From the NCBI RefSeq assembly GCF_009914755.1, contig NC_060926.1: a DNA stretch of 64,000 nt. One strand, given 5' to 3'. The notes under the pieces were generated by a model. That model searched no databases, was not told the DNA's origin, and was given only the letters and a program-made list of their open reading frames with translations. Below are positions 15,896-33,351 of the stretch, piece by piece. This DNA comes from the human T2T-CHM13v2.0 reference genome, Homo sapiens. A program made the translations under genes and the position numbers. Each line of letters opens with the position of its first letter. Position 1 is the stretch's first letter.

Positions 15896-16607
15896 TTACA
15901 GGGAACAGTGGCAGGTGACATTTAGTAAACCACTTAGAGGTCCCTGGGCGTCTTTTCCATGGCGGTGTCAGTGAAGTGCAAGGGGTAGAAATCAGATGGC
16001 AGCAAATAACAGTCATGGTAATGGGGACAGATAGACAACCTTTTCAACAAGCTGGCTAAGAAGAAAAGAAAAGAGGCATGATGGCAACTAGAAAGAAATG
16101 CGGACTCAACAAGGGAAGCGATTTTGTGTTGTTCTGCTTTGTTTCTAAGAAGACGTGAGTTTGGAGCATGTTGGTAGGCTGAAAAGAAAGAGCCCATGGA
16201 TTGGGAGAGGCTAAAGATTTATGCGGGAAAGACTCACTGAGAGAACAAGTTTCCAAAAGCAGCTGATGGGTAGGAATTCAAAAGCGCAGATCAGTGAAAT
16301 TTAAAATATGCCTATCCTTTGATGCAGTTTCTCAGAATTTGTCTTCCAAGAAAAAAAAATTTTTTAAACTTATACAAATGTTCACATAAGGAGGAAAAAT
16401 TGTATAAAATTGTTCAAAGGCAAAGAGATAGATGTACGTACAGGAGTATTCAATGCAGTATCACCAGCAAAAGGGAAAATTTGAAACAATTCACATGTCT
16501 ATCAGAAAAGATTAGTTAAGCTATGGATTACAGAATCACTTTAAAGTCTTGCGGTGGAAAGATCTCCCTCATAGTATATGATTTCCAGACATAATAAAAG
16601 TTGATAA

Positions 16608-17025
<418 letters not shown>

Positions 17026-17679
17026 TAATAGAAAATATGGGCAAAAGCTAGAAACTGGCATTTCATAGATAACAAACTTGAACAGCAAATATATATATAT
17101 ATTTTTTTTAATAATCAATCTCATTAAGAATGAAAGCTATGTAAATGAGATCTTTCACTTTGTCAATAAGGTTAAGAAAAATTAGAAAGATTAATATGTG
17201 TTGTTGGTAAGGCTATAGAGAAAAAAACAGTCCAATGCTGATTGATGGAGCCTAAACATATACAACATTTGTAGAGAGCAATTTGGAAGTGTTTATCAAA
17301 TTCATTTTATTTGTATAAAAATAAAAATATTTATGGGGTACAAGTGTAATTTTGTTACCTACAGAGATTGTGTAGTGGTGAAATCAGGGCTTTTAGGGTA
17401 TCCATCACCCAGAGTCACAATATTAAATGTACCTTTTCAGTCAGCAATTCTACTTCTAAGAATCTGTCTATACATTCACAAGAAATTATGAACCAGTATT
17501 TATTTTACCTGTTCATACTTTTTTACATGCTGGAACAGTGAAAAATTGGACATGACCTGATTGTTCATTAAGAGAAGAACAGTTAAATACATTATATAGA
17601 AAGTATGTAATGGAATACTGGGCAGCTATTAAAAAGAAAGAATTAGATCTAGATGTAGTAAGTTACAAAGAAATGGATT

Positions 17680-18320
<641 letters not shown>

Positions 18321-18404
18321 CTATGTACTAGACAAGGATTTAATAACACACATATCAACATGGATGACTCTCCAATGGATTATGCTAGGGGAAAAAAGCC
18401 ACGG

Positions 18405-18779
<375 letters not shown>

Positions 18780-19311
18780 TCAGGGAGCAGGTGACTATAA
18801 AGGGACACAAAAAAAGTTTCTTGTTGTTATGGAAATGTTCCGTAACTCAACTGTGGTTTTGGTTGCACAACTATATGTATTTTTACAAATTCGTAGAACC
18901 GTACACTACAAATGGTGAATTTTACTGTATGTGAATTACACGTCAATTAACCAGACTTTAAAAAATGTTTGTAGAGATTCCCAGTAAGCTATTAGTAATA
19001 GTTACCCCTTGGAGAATGGGAGTGGGAGTATAAGAAAAAAAGCAGCTTTCATATTTTACACTTCTATATAATATGTATTACTTTTAGTAAGTATATACTG
19101 CTTTTTGGCAATTTTTAAAAAGGTTTTAATAAGTGTGACATACTCAATGCATGCAACACTAAATAGCCCTAGAAGACAGTAGATTTACATGTACTGATAC
19201 ATAAAGGCATTCACAATCACTGTTAAGTAGAAAAAGACAACTTGTACAAAAATATACAATCACTGTTATGGAAAAATACAATAAAATTATGTGTACACAT
19301 ATATACTTAGT

Positions 19312-19360
19312 TGTGTGTGTGTGTGTGTGTGTGGCATGTGTGTGTGTGTGTGTGTGTGTG
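19312..19360. repeat. Interrupted (TG)n microsatellite
   Basis: Direct. Confidence 0.95.
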
Positions 19361-19840
19361 GGTAGCCCTGGAGGATGGCTACCAAATATTTAGCAGTAAT
19401 TTTACAGTATTTACTTTTGGGCAGTGATACCATTGTGGGTTTGTGGAGGAGTGACTTATTTTTAATTTTGGCTTTAGGGTTCTGAGGCTATATCATTTTC
19501 ATAATCATAAAAAACAATATATTTTTAAAATAGCATAACTGAAGAAATTGATTTGACCAAAAGCAGGACTATCCCATCCTCTGAGAGTGAGGCAAGATCT
19601 GTACAGATATAGAAAAGTTAGTAGGTTGGACAGCAGATAGAAGATTCTGTACTTTTGGCCTCAATTTTCTCAACAAAATTAGTCATCTGGTGAGAGTGTA
19701 GGGGAATGGGTGTTGGGGGAGTAGGGACTTTCAGGAAGCTGCAAAGGTCTGAAAGTGTTTGTAAGAGGAAAGACAGAGAAAGGCTTTTGAGGCTAAGTGA
19801 GAAACCCTGCCTAAGGTCAAGGTTAGAAATGCCCTAGAGG

Positions 19841-20145
19841 GGCTGGCACAGTGGCTCACGCCTGTAACCCCAGTGCTTTGGGAGGCCAAGGTGGGCGAAT
19901 CACAGGGTCAAGGGTTCGAGACCAGCCTGGCCAACATGGTGAAACACTGTCTCTACAAAAAATACAAAAAATTAGCCAGGCGTGGTGGTGGGCACCTTTA
20001 ATCCCAGCTACTCGGGAGGCTGAGGCAGGAGAATCGCTTGAACCGGGAGGCGGAGGTTGCAGTGAGCCAAGACCACACCACAGGACTCCAGCCTGGGCAA
20101 CACAGCAAGTCTCCATCTCAAAAAAAAAAAAAAGAAAGAAAGAAA
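19841..20145 (+). mobile_element. Alu (S-type)
   Basis: Full sense Alu with A-tail. Confidence 0.92.
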
Positions 20146-20611
20146 TGTCCTCAGAGGCCAATGTGTGAGGCGGCCAGGAGGGGTTTCCAGCAAACTGAAG
20201 AGGGCAGGATTAATCAAGGTGGGCCCTAGTGCCTCCACCACAGCCCAGTGTCACCATGATCCAAGAGAAGGCAGAAATACAGCTTTGTAGATGAAATTAT
20301 CCAATTGAAAACATTGTGCACTCCAGCCTGGGCGAGAGCTAGACTCCGTCTCAAAAAAAAAAGAAAAGAAAAGAAAAGATTGATAATTAGTTAAACGTTG
20401 TTTCAAACACTATCCAGGCCAAACCAAACTTGGGAGCCCATGGCTGCAAGTAGGGGTGGGAAGGAAAGTGTAGTATGCATGCTTTTTTAATAGAACCCTA
20501 GGTCTTTTTTATTCCCCTATTTTTTTTTACAGTCCAACACCTTTTAACCCACTGATGCTTATTTGGGGCAGAGGGTGAGATACAGTTCAGAACAACAAAA
20601 AAAGTCATTGA

Positions 20612-21039
20612 GGTCAGGTACGGTGGCTCGCGCCTGTAATCTTAGCAATTTCGGAGGCTGAGGTGAGAGGATCACTTTAGCCCAGAAGTTCAAGACCAGC
20701 CTGGGCAACATAGTGAGACCCTGTCTCTATTATTTTATTTTATTTATTTATTTATTTAGAGATGGAATCTTGCTGTGTTGCCCAGGCTGGAGTGCAGTGG
20801 TGCAGTCTTGGCTCTCTGCTACATCCACCTCCTGTTCAATCAATTCTCCTACCTGAACCTCCCAAGTAGCTGGGATTACAGGTGCACACCACCACGCCCA
20901 GCTAATTTTTGTATTTTTAATAGAGACAGGGGTCTCACCATGCTGGTCAGGCTGGTCTCAAACTCCTGACCTTAAGTGATCCACCCACCTCGGCCTCCCA
21001 AAGTGCTGGGATTACAGGTGTGAGCCACCGCACCCAGCC
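20612..21039. mobile_element. Sense Alu left monomer/FLAM (20,612-20,730) abutting an antisense Alu (20,731-21,039)
   Basis: Directly adjacent, oppositely oriented Alu sequences. Confidence 0.85.
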
Positions 21040-21158
21040 TATTATTTTAAAAAAGAATTTTATATAATATAAAAAAGAAGAAGAAAAGAGTCATTGATCA
21101 ATTATGATGTTCAAAATAGACCTTTCTTAAAAGAACATAGCAGAAACATTAGGTTTGA

Positions 21159-21492
<334 letters not shown>

Positions 21493-21700
21493 AAGAGTCA
21501 AGTTTTTAAGAGAAAAAAGAGTTTCCTGCATTCTAAAAATTTCTTCTTAAATATCTAGAACAGGAACCTGGCTCTTTAAGAGCCCATAGGAGAACAAGTT
21601 CTGCAAAATATAGACCCAATTTTCCATCAAGGGAAGAATTTGACCAGTTGGGTGGAAGGGACACTCAGAGAGGAGGAAGGGGTGTTACACAGGAGAGTGA

Positions 21701-21830
21701 GGCTGGGCTCAGTGGCTCACACCTGTAATCTCAGCACTTCAGGAGGTGGAGGAAGGAGGACCATCACTTGAGGCCAGGTGTCCAAGACCAGCCTGGAGAA
21801 CACAGTGAGAACCTGTCTCTACAAAAAAAT
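21701..21830 (+). mobile_element. FLAM / Alu left monomer
   Basis: ggctgggctcagtggctcacacctgtaatc...gtctctacaaaaaaa. Confidence 0.8.
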
Positions 21831-22594
21831 TTTAAAAGATAGGAGAATGACTCCTAAATCCCTTAGCTAGGTCTGAAGGCATGCAGGGAGGGGAGGGGCT
21901 TATGATCTGCTTCCCTCTTGAATCCCTGGGAGGAAGCCATCTCCTCCACACTCCTTGCCAGCCATGGGCAGCTGCACTAGAGTAGCAATCTGAGCAGGAC
22001 AGGTCTAGACAGAGAGAGGGCCCGAGCTAGCCTCTCCTTTCATAAGCCTCTCTGTCTCAAGAGGCCGAGAGGGTACTGAATTTCAGGCCTTGGAGGAGGT
22101 GGAGAAGAGGAGGTGAGAGGGCTAGCCTGCAAGCCAAGGGTCACCGTGGTGAGGGATGAGAGGACCTTGTGGCTGAGGGCTTTAGGGTGGACTGTCTGGT
22201 TGGTGGCAAACTTAGGGAAGTGTGTGTGGCAGGTGCAAGCTGAGGTGGGCTGCAATCCTACCACATTTGGAACAAGCAATAGAAACAAGCATTTCAGGTG
22301 ATTCTGAGGCATGCTAAGATAGGGCACGACCGAACTTGGTTTGCCTGGCTGTGCTGTGGGAAACAAGTGTGCAGCAGGGATGTGGATATTTGTAAAATAA
22401 TGCTTCCAATTACCCAGTGAACAGACTAAACCCACACTTGGGGTACCAACGAGGGGGAACTCAAAATTGAAAAAAAAAAATTAAGAACACAGTATTCTCC
22501 CCACTCCTCCCTACCCTCCCTCTGAAGAACACTAAACTAGTCACCTTGAGAACCAAATAAGAAATTGGACTTATACTTTTGGAATTACCTCTAG

Positions 22595-22995
<401 letters not shown>

Positions 22996-23080
22996 TCCTG
23001 ATTTTCAAGTGAGTAACTATATACTCTCATCTGGATGAGGTACTCTTATCAGGGATGGGAAATAAAAGGAGGGGTCAACC

Positions 23081-23657
23081 GGTTACAGTAGGTAGCTAGT
23101 CAGGTATGAGCAGGGCAGGAGAGAGCCCCCGACACACACACCAGGAGTGTTGGGTGACCATCAGGTGATGGTCAGGCTCTTGTTAACTCTCTCGCTAAAG
23201 TAATAATTGGTCACACCGGGCACCAGGGAAAGGCCGTCTCCTAATAGATAGAAAATACCTGAAACTGGTGATCAGCAGCTTCCCAATAAGATCTCAGGAG
23301 TTGGGCGAGTGGTGAGAAGTAACACAAGACACTGGAAGTATGCCAACATATAAAACCCCAAGTCAAAATGTCAAGCTGTCTTGGTGCTGACAAAATGTCA
23401 ATGCCCTAGGTGCTGAAAAAATTTTGGACCCCTTGTCTCTAGAGGTAATTCCAAAAGTATAAGTCCAACTTCTTATTTGGACTTCTCTAAATGTCAACCT
23501 TCTCTAAATCGTTTTAATGAACTTTCACTCCTGCTCTGAAACTTGCTTTGGTCTCTCCCTCTACCTTATGCCCCTCAGTCCCATTCTTTCTTCTGAGGAG
23601 GCAAGAATTGAGGTTGCTGTAGCCCCGTATGGATATGGATACATTCTGCCAGTAACA
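23081..23657 (+). mobile_element. ERV1 solo LTR (MER50-like) with internal rearrangement
   Basis: Begins gttacagtaggtagctagtcaggtatgagcagggcagga; contains tataaaaccccaagtcaaaa and a decayed poly(A) signal region; ends ...gccagtaaca. Family name from recall. Confidence 0.75.
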
Positions 23658-24244
23658 AAGTATTGGAGGTCTCCATGGGCTCCAAGAGCCCTCAGGGCCA
23701 CTGGGAGGATGTAAAACAGGGTGTGGCCAGAGCCTCTCTGAGGACAGGCTCTGGGCTATGGCCACGGAGGTGGGTAGCTATGTGGAGCAAGAAAAGGGGA
23801 CAAAGTTGTTGAAAAGGTCATCAAGGATGAAGCAAGTCATAGGATGGAAAATAGAACCATGAGTCGGGTGCCAAAGTCTTCAGTGAAAGCCAGAGAACTT
23901 TCCAGTGCTGAACAGATACTGGATGTGTTCAGTTTACTGAGCCTAACCTTGGACCTTCTACTATTGGACCTTCATCCAATGTAGCCCATAGTCATGTTAC
24001 ATGAAGTAGTAAGTTTATATGAGGGACTAACATAACACTTCCTAACTTGATAAAACTCTGTAAAGTGTGCTAAGGCATGACACATTAGTTATTTTCCTCA
24101 CATTGGTCAGATTTTAGCAAAATTGGGATTCACATGTGTGATATTAACTCTGTGCTCTACTGTTTCCTGTTAAACACACATATAAATTTCTCCTTTCCCA
24201 TTTTCCAGCTAACAAAAGGCAACAAGTTATCTTTAGAAAAAAAA

Positions 24245-25613
<1,369 letters not shown>

Positions 25614-25619
25614 TGAAGG

Positions 25620-26010
<391 letters not shown>

Positions 26011-26773
26011 TCAACATCAGTGTCTTTTTTCTTTTAAGTCTCCAGAGAAAATGACTAACCAGGAAAGATTTTTTTTAAACTTGTTTTCATTTTCCCTGGG
26101 CCAAACTAAGTATTCCTGAGAGAAAACAAACCTTCCCAAGGAATCCAGACTTGGCTCATGATATCTAATACTGAGTGAATTAACATTTTTTTCCTACCAA
26201 GGGGAGTAGAAAACAGCCTATAAGAGAATTCATGTTGGTTCCTAGTTAATCTTTAGCTTTACAGTGAGTTAAGCTGTCTTTTCTCCTTAATGATTTAAGT
26301 ATCCCATACTAAGCTTTCCTGTCAAATAAACTAAAAGTCTGGTTTTATTCTGTTTGGAAGTTTGTAACTAAATATTTATCTATGGTCTGAAGAAAGAGGG
26401 AAAAGTCAAGTCGGTTGTGATAGAAAGTGTTTCCACACCCATCAGCAGAAAGTGTTGAAAATGGTGCTATAGTTATTGCTCTAGTAAATGCTCAAGTCTG
26501 CCAATGAAGGAGGATTTATTTGTTTTTCCAACAATGCCCACTTAATTTTCTCTAATTTTTCTTCTACTTTGCTAATCAAGGCTTCAGCATGATCAGAGAC
26601 TGCATTGGATCTAATCTAGAAATCTGTGGGGTGAGGGAAGCCCTTGAAAGCAAGCAGTGGCGGTCCTTGATAGAATGGAGTGAGTCCTCAATTATCTATG
26701 TAGCTAGAAAGGGAAAGGTTAGTGAAGAAAACCGCAGATAATATAGAAATCCTTTTTATTTCTTTTGGCTTCT

Positions 26774-26776
<3 letters not shown>

Positions 26777-26812
<36 letters not shown>
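26777..26812. repeat. (CA)n microsatellite
   Basis: Direct. Confidence 0.95.
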
Positions 26813-26816
<4 letters not shown>

Positions 26817-27024
26817 ATATCACACAGCAATGTGCCATGGTTGCAGGTTGTTTACCGGGTCCGGAGGAGGATTTTGCCAGGACTGCTTTCCTTTCTCCTT
26901 GGAATCTTCAGAGAGGGGAGAGAGGGTTGTGTTGGGATTTGGGGGTTCTTCGGGTGAACTTGAGAGAACTGCTAAGTTCTCTTGAGTAGAAAGGTTTATA
27001 TTACACTTTAAACCAGGTAAATTA

Positions 27025-27823
<799 letters not shown>

Positions 27824-29629
27824 CCAAGACCAGCCAGGTTTTCTCAAACCTGGGGCTGATCCTGGTCTTCAGTCACCAGAGCAAGTTTAACCTGGGCTAG
27901 GGCTTTTAGGGGTTCAGGCTACCGCAGCACACCATAGCACCTTCTGCTAGGTCCTTCACCCACTTCATGGCCTGCTTCTGGCTCTAATGCATCCAAGCAG
28001 CTGGAATGTAATTAAGCAGCTGTGGGAAAGAGCTCTCAAGTCACTGCAAAATACTTGTAGCCTCAGCGTAATAGATATGGTGAATAAGCATAAAGGGCAA
28101 CATAATGAAAATGTATTTCTATTTTTGTCTCCCACTGTCTTTTTTTTTATTATTATTATTTTTCTCAGATATTTACTCTGAGAACCTGGTTGACCTCCAG
28201 CAGGTAAAATTCACAAAAGTAACTGGGTCCCTCTGGAGTTTTCTTCTCAGACTTGTTCACACTGAGCCTCCAGCAGGTCATCAATTACAGTTCTGGTTTC
28301 CCTGCCTGCCATAGGTTCCACTGTCTTTTTAAAACTTGTTCAGGGAAGGGGTGATCCTGCCCCTGCCTCCATGAGTGTAGGCCTCAACTGGGAGCACTGT
28401 TAATGTTTCAAGCAGGAGAGTTCTTGGGTTACTGGGATGTCGAGCATCTCAGGCCCTTGTCCTCTAAATGCCAAGAGTATCCTCCCTGCCAATCATTGTG
28501 TCAATCAAAACACACTCCAACATATTTCTGAATGATCTCTAGGGAGGTGGTACTGCCAGAAAACCTGGGCAGCCCCATGACTTCGTTCATTCTCAGGTCC
28601 TCAGGGAGTAATTGTTTCATGGTCCCAGCAGGTCTTTACTCAGCCATTAGAATACCTGATCCAGTGTGAAACCCAAAACTCCCAGGGGTTTAGGGCTGCT
28701 GTTGGGGAATATCCGCAGGAGGGAAGGGAACTTTCAAAGTTAGCCCACTCCCTCATCCCTGCTTACTCACCTGAGTGGGCAAAACTGGGGAAACGGAATC
28801 AGAGAAGTTTCTGAGTTTCTTATTGATGGCTTGATCACAAACCACTTTTTCTTTTGTGGAAAGTTTTGTGGGTTTTTAGAGTCCCATCACTGAGAATGCA
28901 TCCACCCTCAAGGCCATGCCTGCTTGACCCCTGGTTCCGTGGTACCCCACCCCATCTCACACACAGACCTCACCCACCTCTAGGGTAGGGAGTTCAGAAG
29001 TCAGGACACTACTTCTTCATTCTGCGTATGGCAGCCCAGAGGCTCACTTTGGAATATCACATCTATTGCAGCTTGTTACCTAGTGGAAACTTCCATTTTA
29101 ACATTCTATTGTAGTCAAGAATTAAGATAATTATTTCAAAACAAATCATTTATAGCTGATTCTTCCATGACTGAGGACCTCTGGGTGTCTGAGTTTCCAC
29201 AGCATTGTCAAGTACATACAACTCACTTTTATAAGCTAATAACTTTCCAAACTGAATTTTGAAGACAATACTTGAAATGCCCTTTTGTCTGGAAGAATGT
29301 GTAAGACATTTTTTTTCTCCAGTTTTGACTCTGTTCTCATTGTGATGAATTCTGAAAGCTTTCTTAACCTTGCTGCTTTATTTTCCAGTCCCCTCAAAAT
29401 GGAGGTTTGGGGACCCACAGGTAACTTCTCATTCATGTTGTTTTCTGACTTTAAAAAAGCATTTTAAAATGTTTGGAACATAGAAGAGTGAATGACTCAA
29501 ATCTGATGAAAATATAATGACCTGTTTTGCTTCTACATGTAGCATTTCACTGCTTACAACACATCTACACATAGATTTTCTTTTTTGATTTTCTTTTTAG
29601 ATTTTCTTTTTTGAGGTAAAGAGCAGGCA

Positions 29630-29790
29630 AGTCCTATTTTATAGATGAAGTGTTCACAGTGGACAAATAAGTAGGTATTATTATCATCCCCAAGAAACTA
29701 AGGCTCAGAAAAGTTAAGCAATTTACCCAAAGTCACACAGCCAGTAAGTGTGCCCTCAAGATACATGCCCTTCTTGCTGTGCCATACATC
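29630..29790 (-). mobile_element. MIR fragment(s)
   Basis: 'aggtattattatcatccc...aaactaaggctcagaaaagttaagcaatttacccaaagtcacacagccagtaagtg'. Confidence 0.7.
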
Positions 29791-31042
29791 TAGCCTTCTC
29801 TCTTGAACTAGAACCTGATCAGTTGCTCATAAAACACTTTAATATTCACCCTATATGGGAAAGGAAAGGTTTGGGTCTGTCTGTTTTATTGAATGTTAAT
29901 GCCAGCAGAAAGCCAGATGGCCAAAAGGAGTAGTCTTTTATGGTTCTCAATTTTGGCATTGAAGGGCAAGTGAAAAGGAACATGAATTTGAGGAAATAGC
30001 AGTGCAAGTCTTCCCACGAGGCATCACAGGTCTTTGTGAAATGAGTACTTTGGGACCAATCAAGCCAAGATAAACACTGAATCATTTCAAGTGAGACAAA
30101 CACAATCCCCGTGTCTCTATTTTGCTAATTAGGAGCCCAGAGCACAAAGCTCACAGGACTGGTGGTGTCAGATTAAATTCTGGAGCATTCCCATAAACAT
30201 TTCCAGAGACCTCCCCTGCCCTTTGTCAACTGCACATTAAACAGCTTTCTCAGCCCAAGGGGCCTCTTCCTTTGCAGACCTCCTGCTGGGTGAGACCTTC
30301 TACCGAGGATTTCTCTCTTTACCTTTAGTTTTTGGAAAGCCCTTAGCTCCATTTGTTACAGTTATGTTCTGCCTGAGTACTCAGACTTCCCCTAGTCCTT
30401 TGTACCTGAAGTTTTATAGCTCTTCTTCACTCTTCTACCCTGTCTAGCACTTCATAAAGCTGTGTTCTTTGTTGCCTTTATGTACATTCAAATACTACTA
30501 CTATCCAGGCTTTATAAATCACTGAGTTGTGGAAACCAACTGTGTAATGCACATTCAGATGATGATGTTTTACTGGTCACAGGAGATTCTTAAGGGCAAA
30601 GTATTTAGCATTAGCACCCAAAGTGGCAAAGACTGGTTAATACTACTCAGAGGACCCTATCTAAGAGATTGAGGTGGTGATTATAATGGGGAAGAAGTAA
30701 AAAAAAGACAAGGTAAGCTTCAAATATCCACAATTCCCCACAAGGAAACCTCTCTTCTCTGAGCTCTATAACATCACTTCAAAGCAATTTTACAGCATAA
30801 ATTATTCTGGTCAGTATGATAATAATAACGTCATGCCCTTCAGAGCAATTGATGATGGAGTTTTTCCCTGGGATCATGGAAAAACTCATCCCCAGTGGCT
30901 ATTCACCATCAAAGTGGGTAATATACAGACTTGAGGTTTACAGAAGCAGGTCTGCATTATCCAGGGATGGAGTTCACACCAACCTGAGTAGCGGCTCTTT
31001 CAGGTTGTCAGCGAAAAAAGCTTAAATATCCTGTTTTCAAAT

Positions 31043-33351
31043 TCCAACAGTACCTAACCCGTCCACGTTGTTGGGGTTGCTGCCAGCTGAGGACAGCTGG
31101 TTCACCTGATTGGACCTGAAAGGTGCTTTCTTTCCTATCAGCTTAGCCCATGAGAGGCAGAAGCTGCTTGTCTTTCAGTGGGATGATCCGGAGTCAGGTG
31201 TCACTAGTCAGTACACTTGGACCGGGCTTCCCCAAGGGTTCAAGAACTCCCCCACCATCTTCGGGGAGGCGTTGGCTCGAGACCTCCAGAAGTTTCTCAC
31301 CAGAGACCTAGGCTGCATGTTGCTCCACGAGGTTGATGACCTTCTGCTGGGACACCCCACTACAGTGGGGTGCGCCAAGGGAACAGATGCCCTACACCAG
31401 CCCATGGAGGACTGTGGGTATAAGGTGTCCAAGAAGAAAGCTCAGATCTGCTGACAGCAGGTACGTTACTTGGGATTTACTATCCGACGGGTCGGAACAC
31501 AGCCTGGGATCAGAAAGAAAGCAGGTCATTTGCAATCTATCGGAGCCTAAGAGCAGAAGGCAGGTGAGAGAATTCTTAGGAGCTGTGGGGTTTTGTTGAC
31601 TGTGGATCCCAAACTTTGCAGTAATAGCCAAGAATTTGTATGAGGTCACAAATGGGGTGGGGACTGGGAAACTTTGGAATGGGGATCCCAACAACAGCAA
31701 GATTTTCATGAGTTAAAGGAAAAACTTCTGGCAGCTCCAGCCCTGGGGCTACCTGATCTGCCAAAGCCTTTTCCATTGTATGCATCAGAGAGAGAAAAGA
31801 TGGCAGCTGGACTTTGAACCCAAACTGTGGGGCCCTGGCTGAGGCCGGTGGCCTACCTCTCTAAACAACTAGACGGGGTTTCTAAAGGATGGCCCCCCTG
31901 TTTGAGGGCCTTGGCAGCAACTGCCCTGCTAGGACAAGAAGCAAATAAGCTGACTCTTGGGCAAAACCTGAACATAAAGGCCTCCCATGCTGTGGTGACT
32001 TTAATGAATACTAAAGGACATCGTTGGCTAATGAATGCCAGACTCACCAAGTACCAAACTTTGCTCTGTGAAAATCCCCGTATAACCATTGAAGTTTGTA
32101 ACACCCTACACCCTGCCACCTTGCTCCCGGTATCAGAGAGCCCTGTCGAGCCTGATTGTGTAGAAGTGTTGGACTCAGTTGACTCTAGCAGACCTGACTT
32201 CCAGGACCAGCCTTGGGCATCAGTAGACTTGGAACTATACGTGGATGGGAGCAGCTTCTTCAACCCCCAAGGAGAGAGAGGTGCAGGGTGTGCCGTGGTA
32301 ACCCTGGACACTGTTGTTGAAGCCAGATCGTTGCCCCAGGGCACTTCAGCCCAGAAAGCTGAACTCATTGCTTTCATTCGGGCCTTAGAACTCAGTGAGG
32401 GTGAGACTGTCAACATTTACACTGATTCTTGGTATGTCTTTTTAACCCTTCAAGTGCATGGAGCGTGATAGAAAGAAAAGGGCCTATTGAACTCTGGGGG
32501 AAAAGACAGAAAATATCAACAAGAAATCTTGCAATTATTAGAAGCAGTATGGAAACCCCACAAGGTGGCAGTTGTGCATTGCAGAGGACACCAGCGAGCT
32601 TCCACCTTGCTGCGTTTGGGGAATTCCCACGCTGCCTCAGAGGCTCGAAAAGCAGCATCTGCCCCCTTCCGGGCATCAGTGCTCCCTCAAGCACTTGATC
32701 TTGGACCTACTTCTTCTAAAGAAGAAAAGGACTTTCTCCAGGTAGAGGGAAGGACAAGTGATGCAGGAAGGATGGATTCGGTTACCAGATGGGAGAGTAG
32801 CTGTGCCACACTTGCTAGGAGGTGCAGTTGTACTGGCTGTGCATGAAACCACCCATGTAGATCAGGAGTCACTGGAAAAGTTGTTAGGCTGGTATTTGTA
32901 CATCTCGCATTTGTCAGCCCTTACCAAAACGGTGAGGTAGTGGTGTGTTACCTGCCGACAGCATAATGCGAGGCAAGGTCCAGCCGTTCCACCCGGCATA
33001 CAAGCTTACGGAGCAGCCCCCTTTGAAAATCTCCAGGTAGACTTCACAGAGATGCCAAAGTGTGGAGGTAACAAGTATTTACTAGTTCTTGGGCGTACCT
33101 ACTCTGGTTGGGTGGAGGCTTATCTAACACGAACTGAGAAAGCTCATGAAGTAACCCCTGTGCTTCTTTGAGATCTGATTCCTAGATTTCCACTGGCCTT
33201 ACGGATCGGCTCAGATAACGGGCCTGCGTTTTTGGCTGCCTTGGTACAGAAGACGGCAAAGGTATTGGGGATCACACAGAAACTGCATGCCGCCTCCCGG
33301 CCTCAGAGTTCCAGAAAGGTGGAGCAGATGAATCGGACTATCAAAAATAGT
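31043..33351 (+). mobile_element. HERV-E-like (ERV1, gammaretroviral) pol fragment: RT, RNase H and N-terminal two-thirds of integrase; defective, no LTR
   Basis: Motifs DLKGAFF, LPQGFKNSPTIF, mutated YxDD (HEVDDLLL), RPVAYLSKQLD, YVDGSS/SAQKAELIA/NIYTDS, IN HHCC, QVDFTEM, SDNGPAF; ends at MNRTIKNS; multiple stops and frameshifts. Confidence 0.9.

Noticed and set aside
31827-32468. 213-aa ORF (and its twin at 52,830-53,471) as a domesticated retroviral gene
   Set aside because: It starts at GTG after a shared stop and is merely the longest stop-free stretch of a defective pol. Retention in both copies is explained by duplication and conversion.
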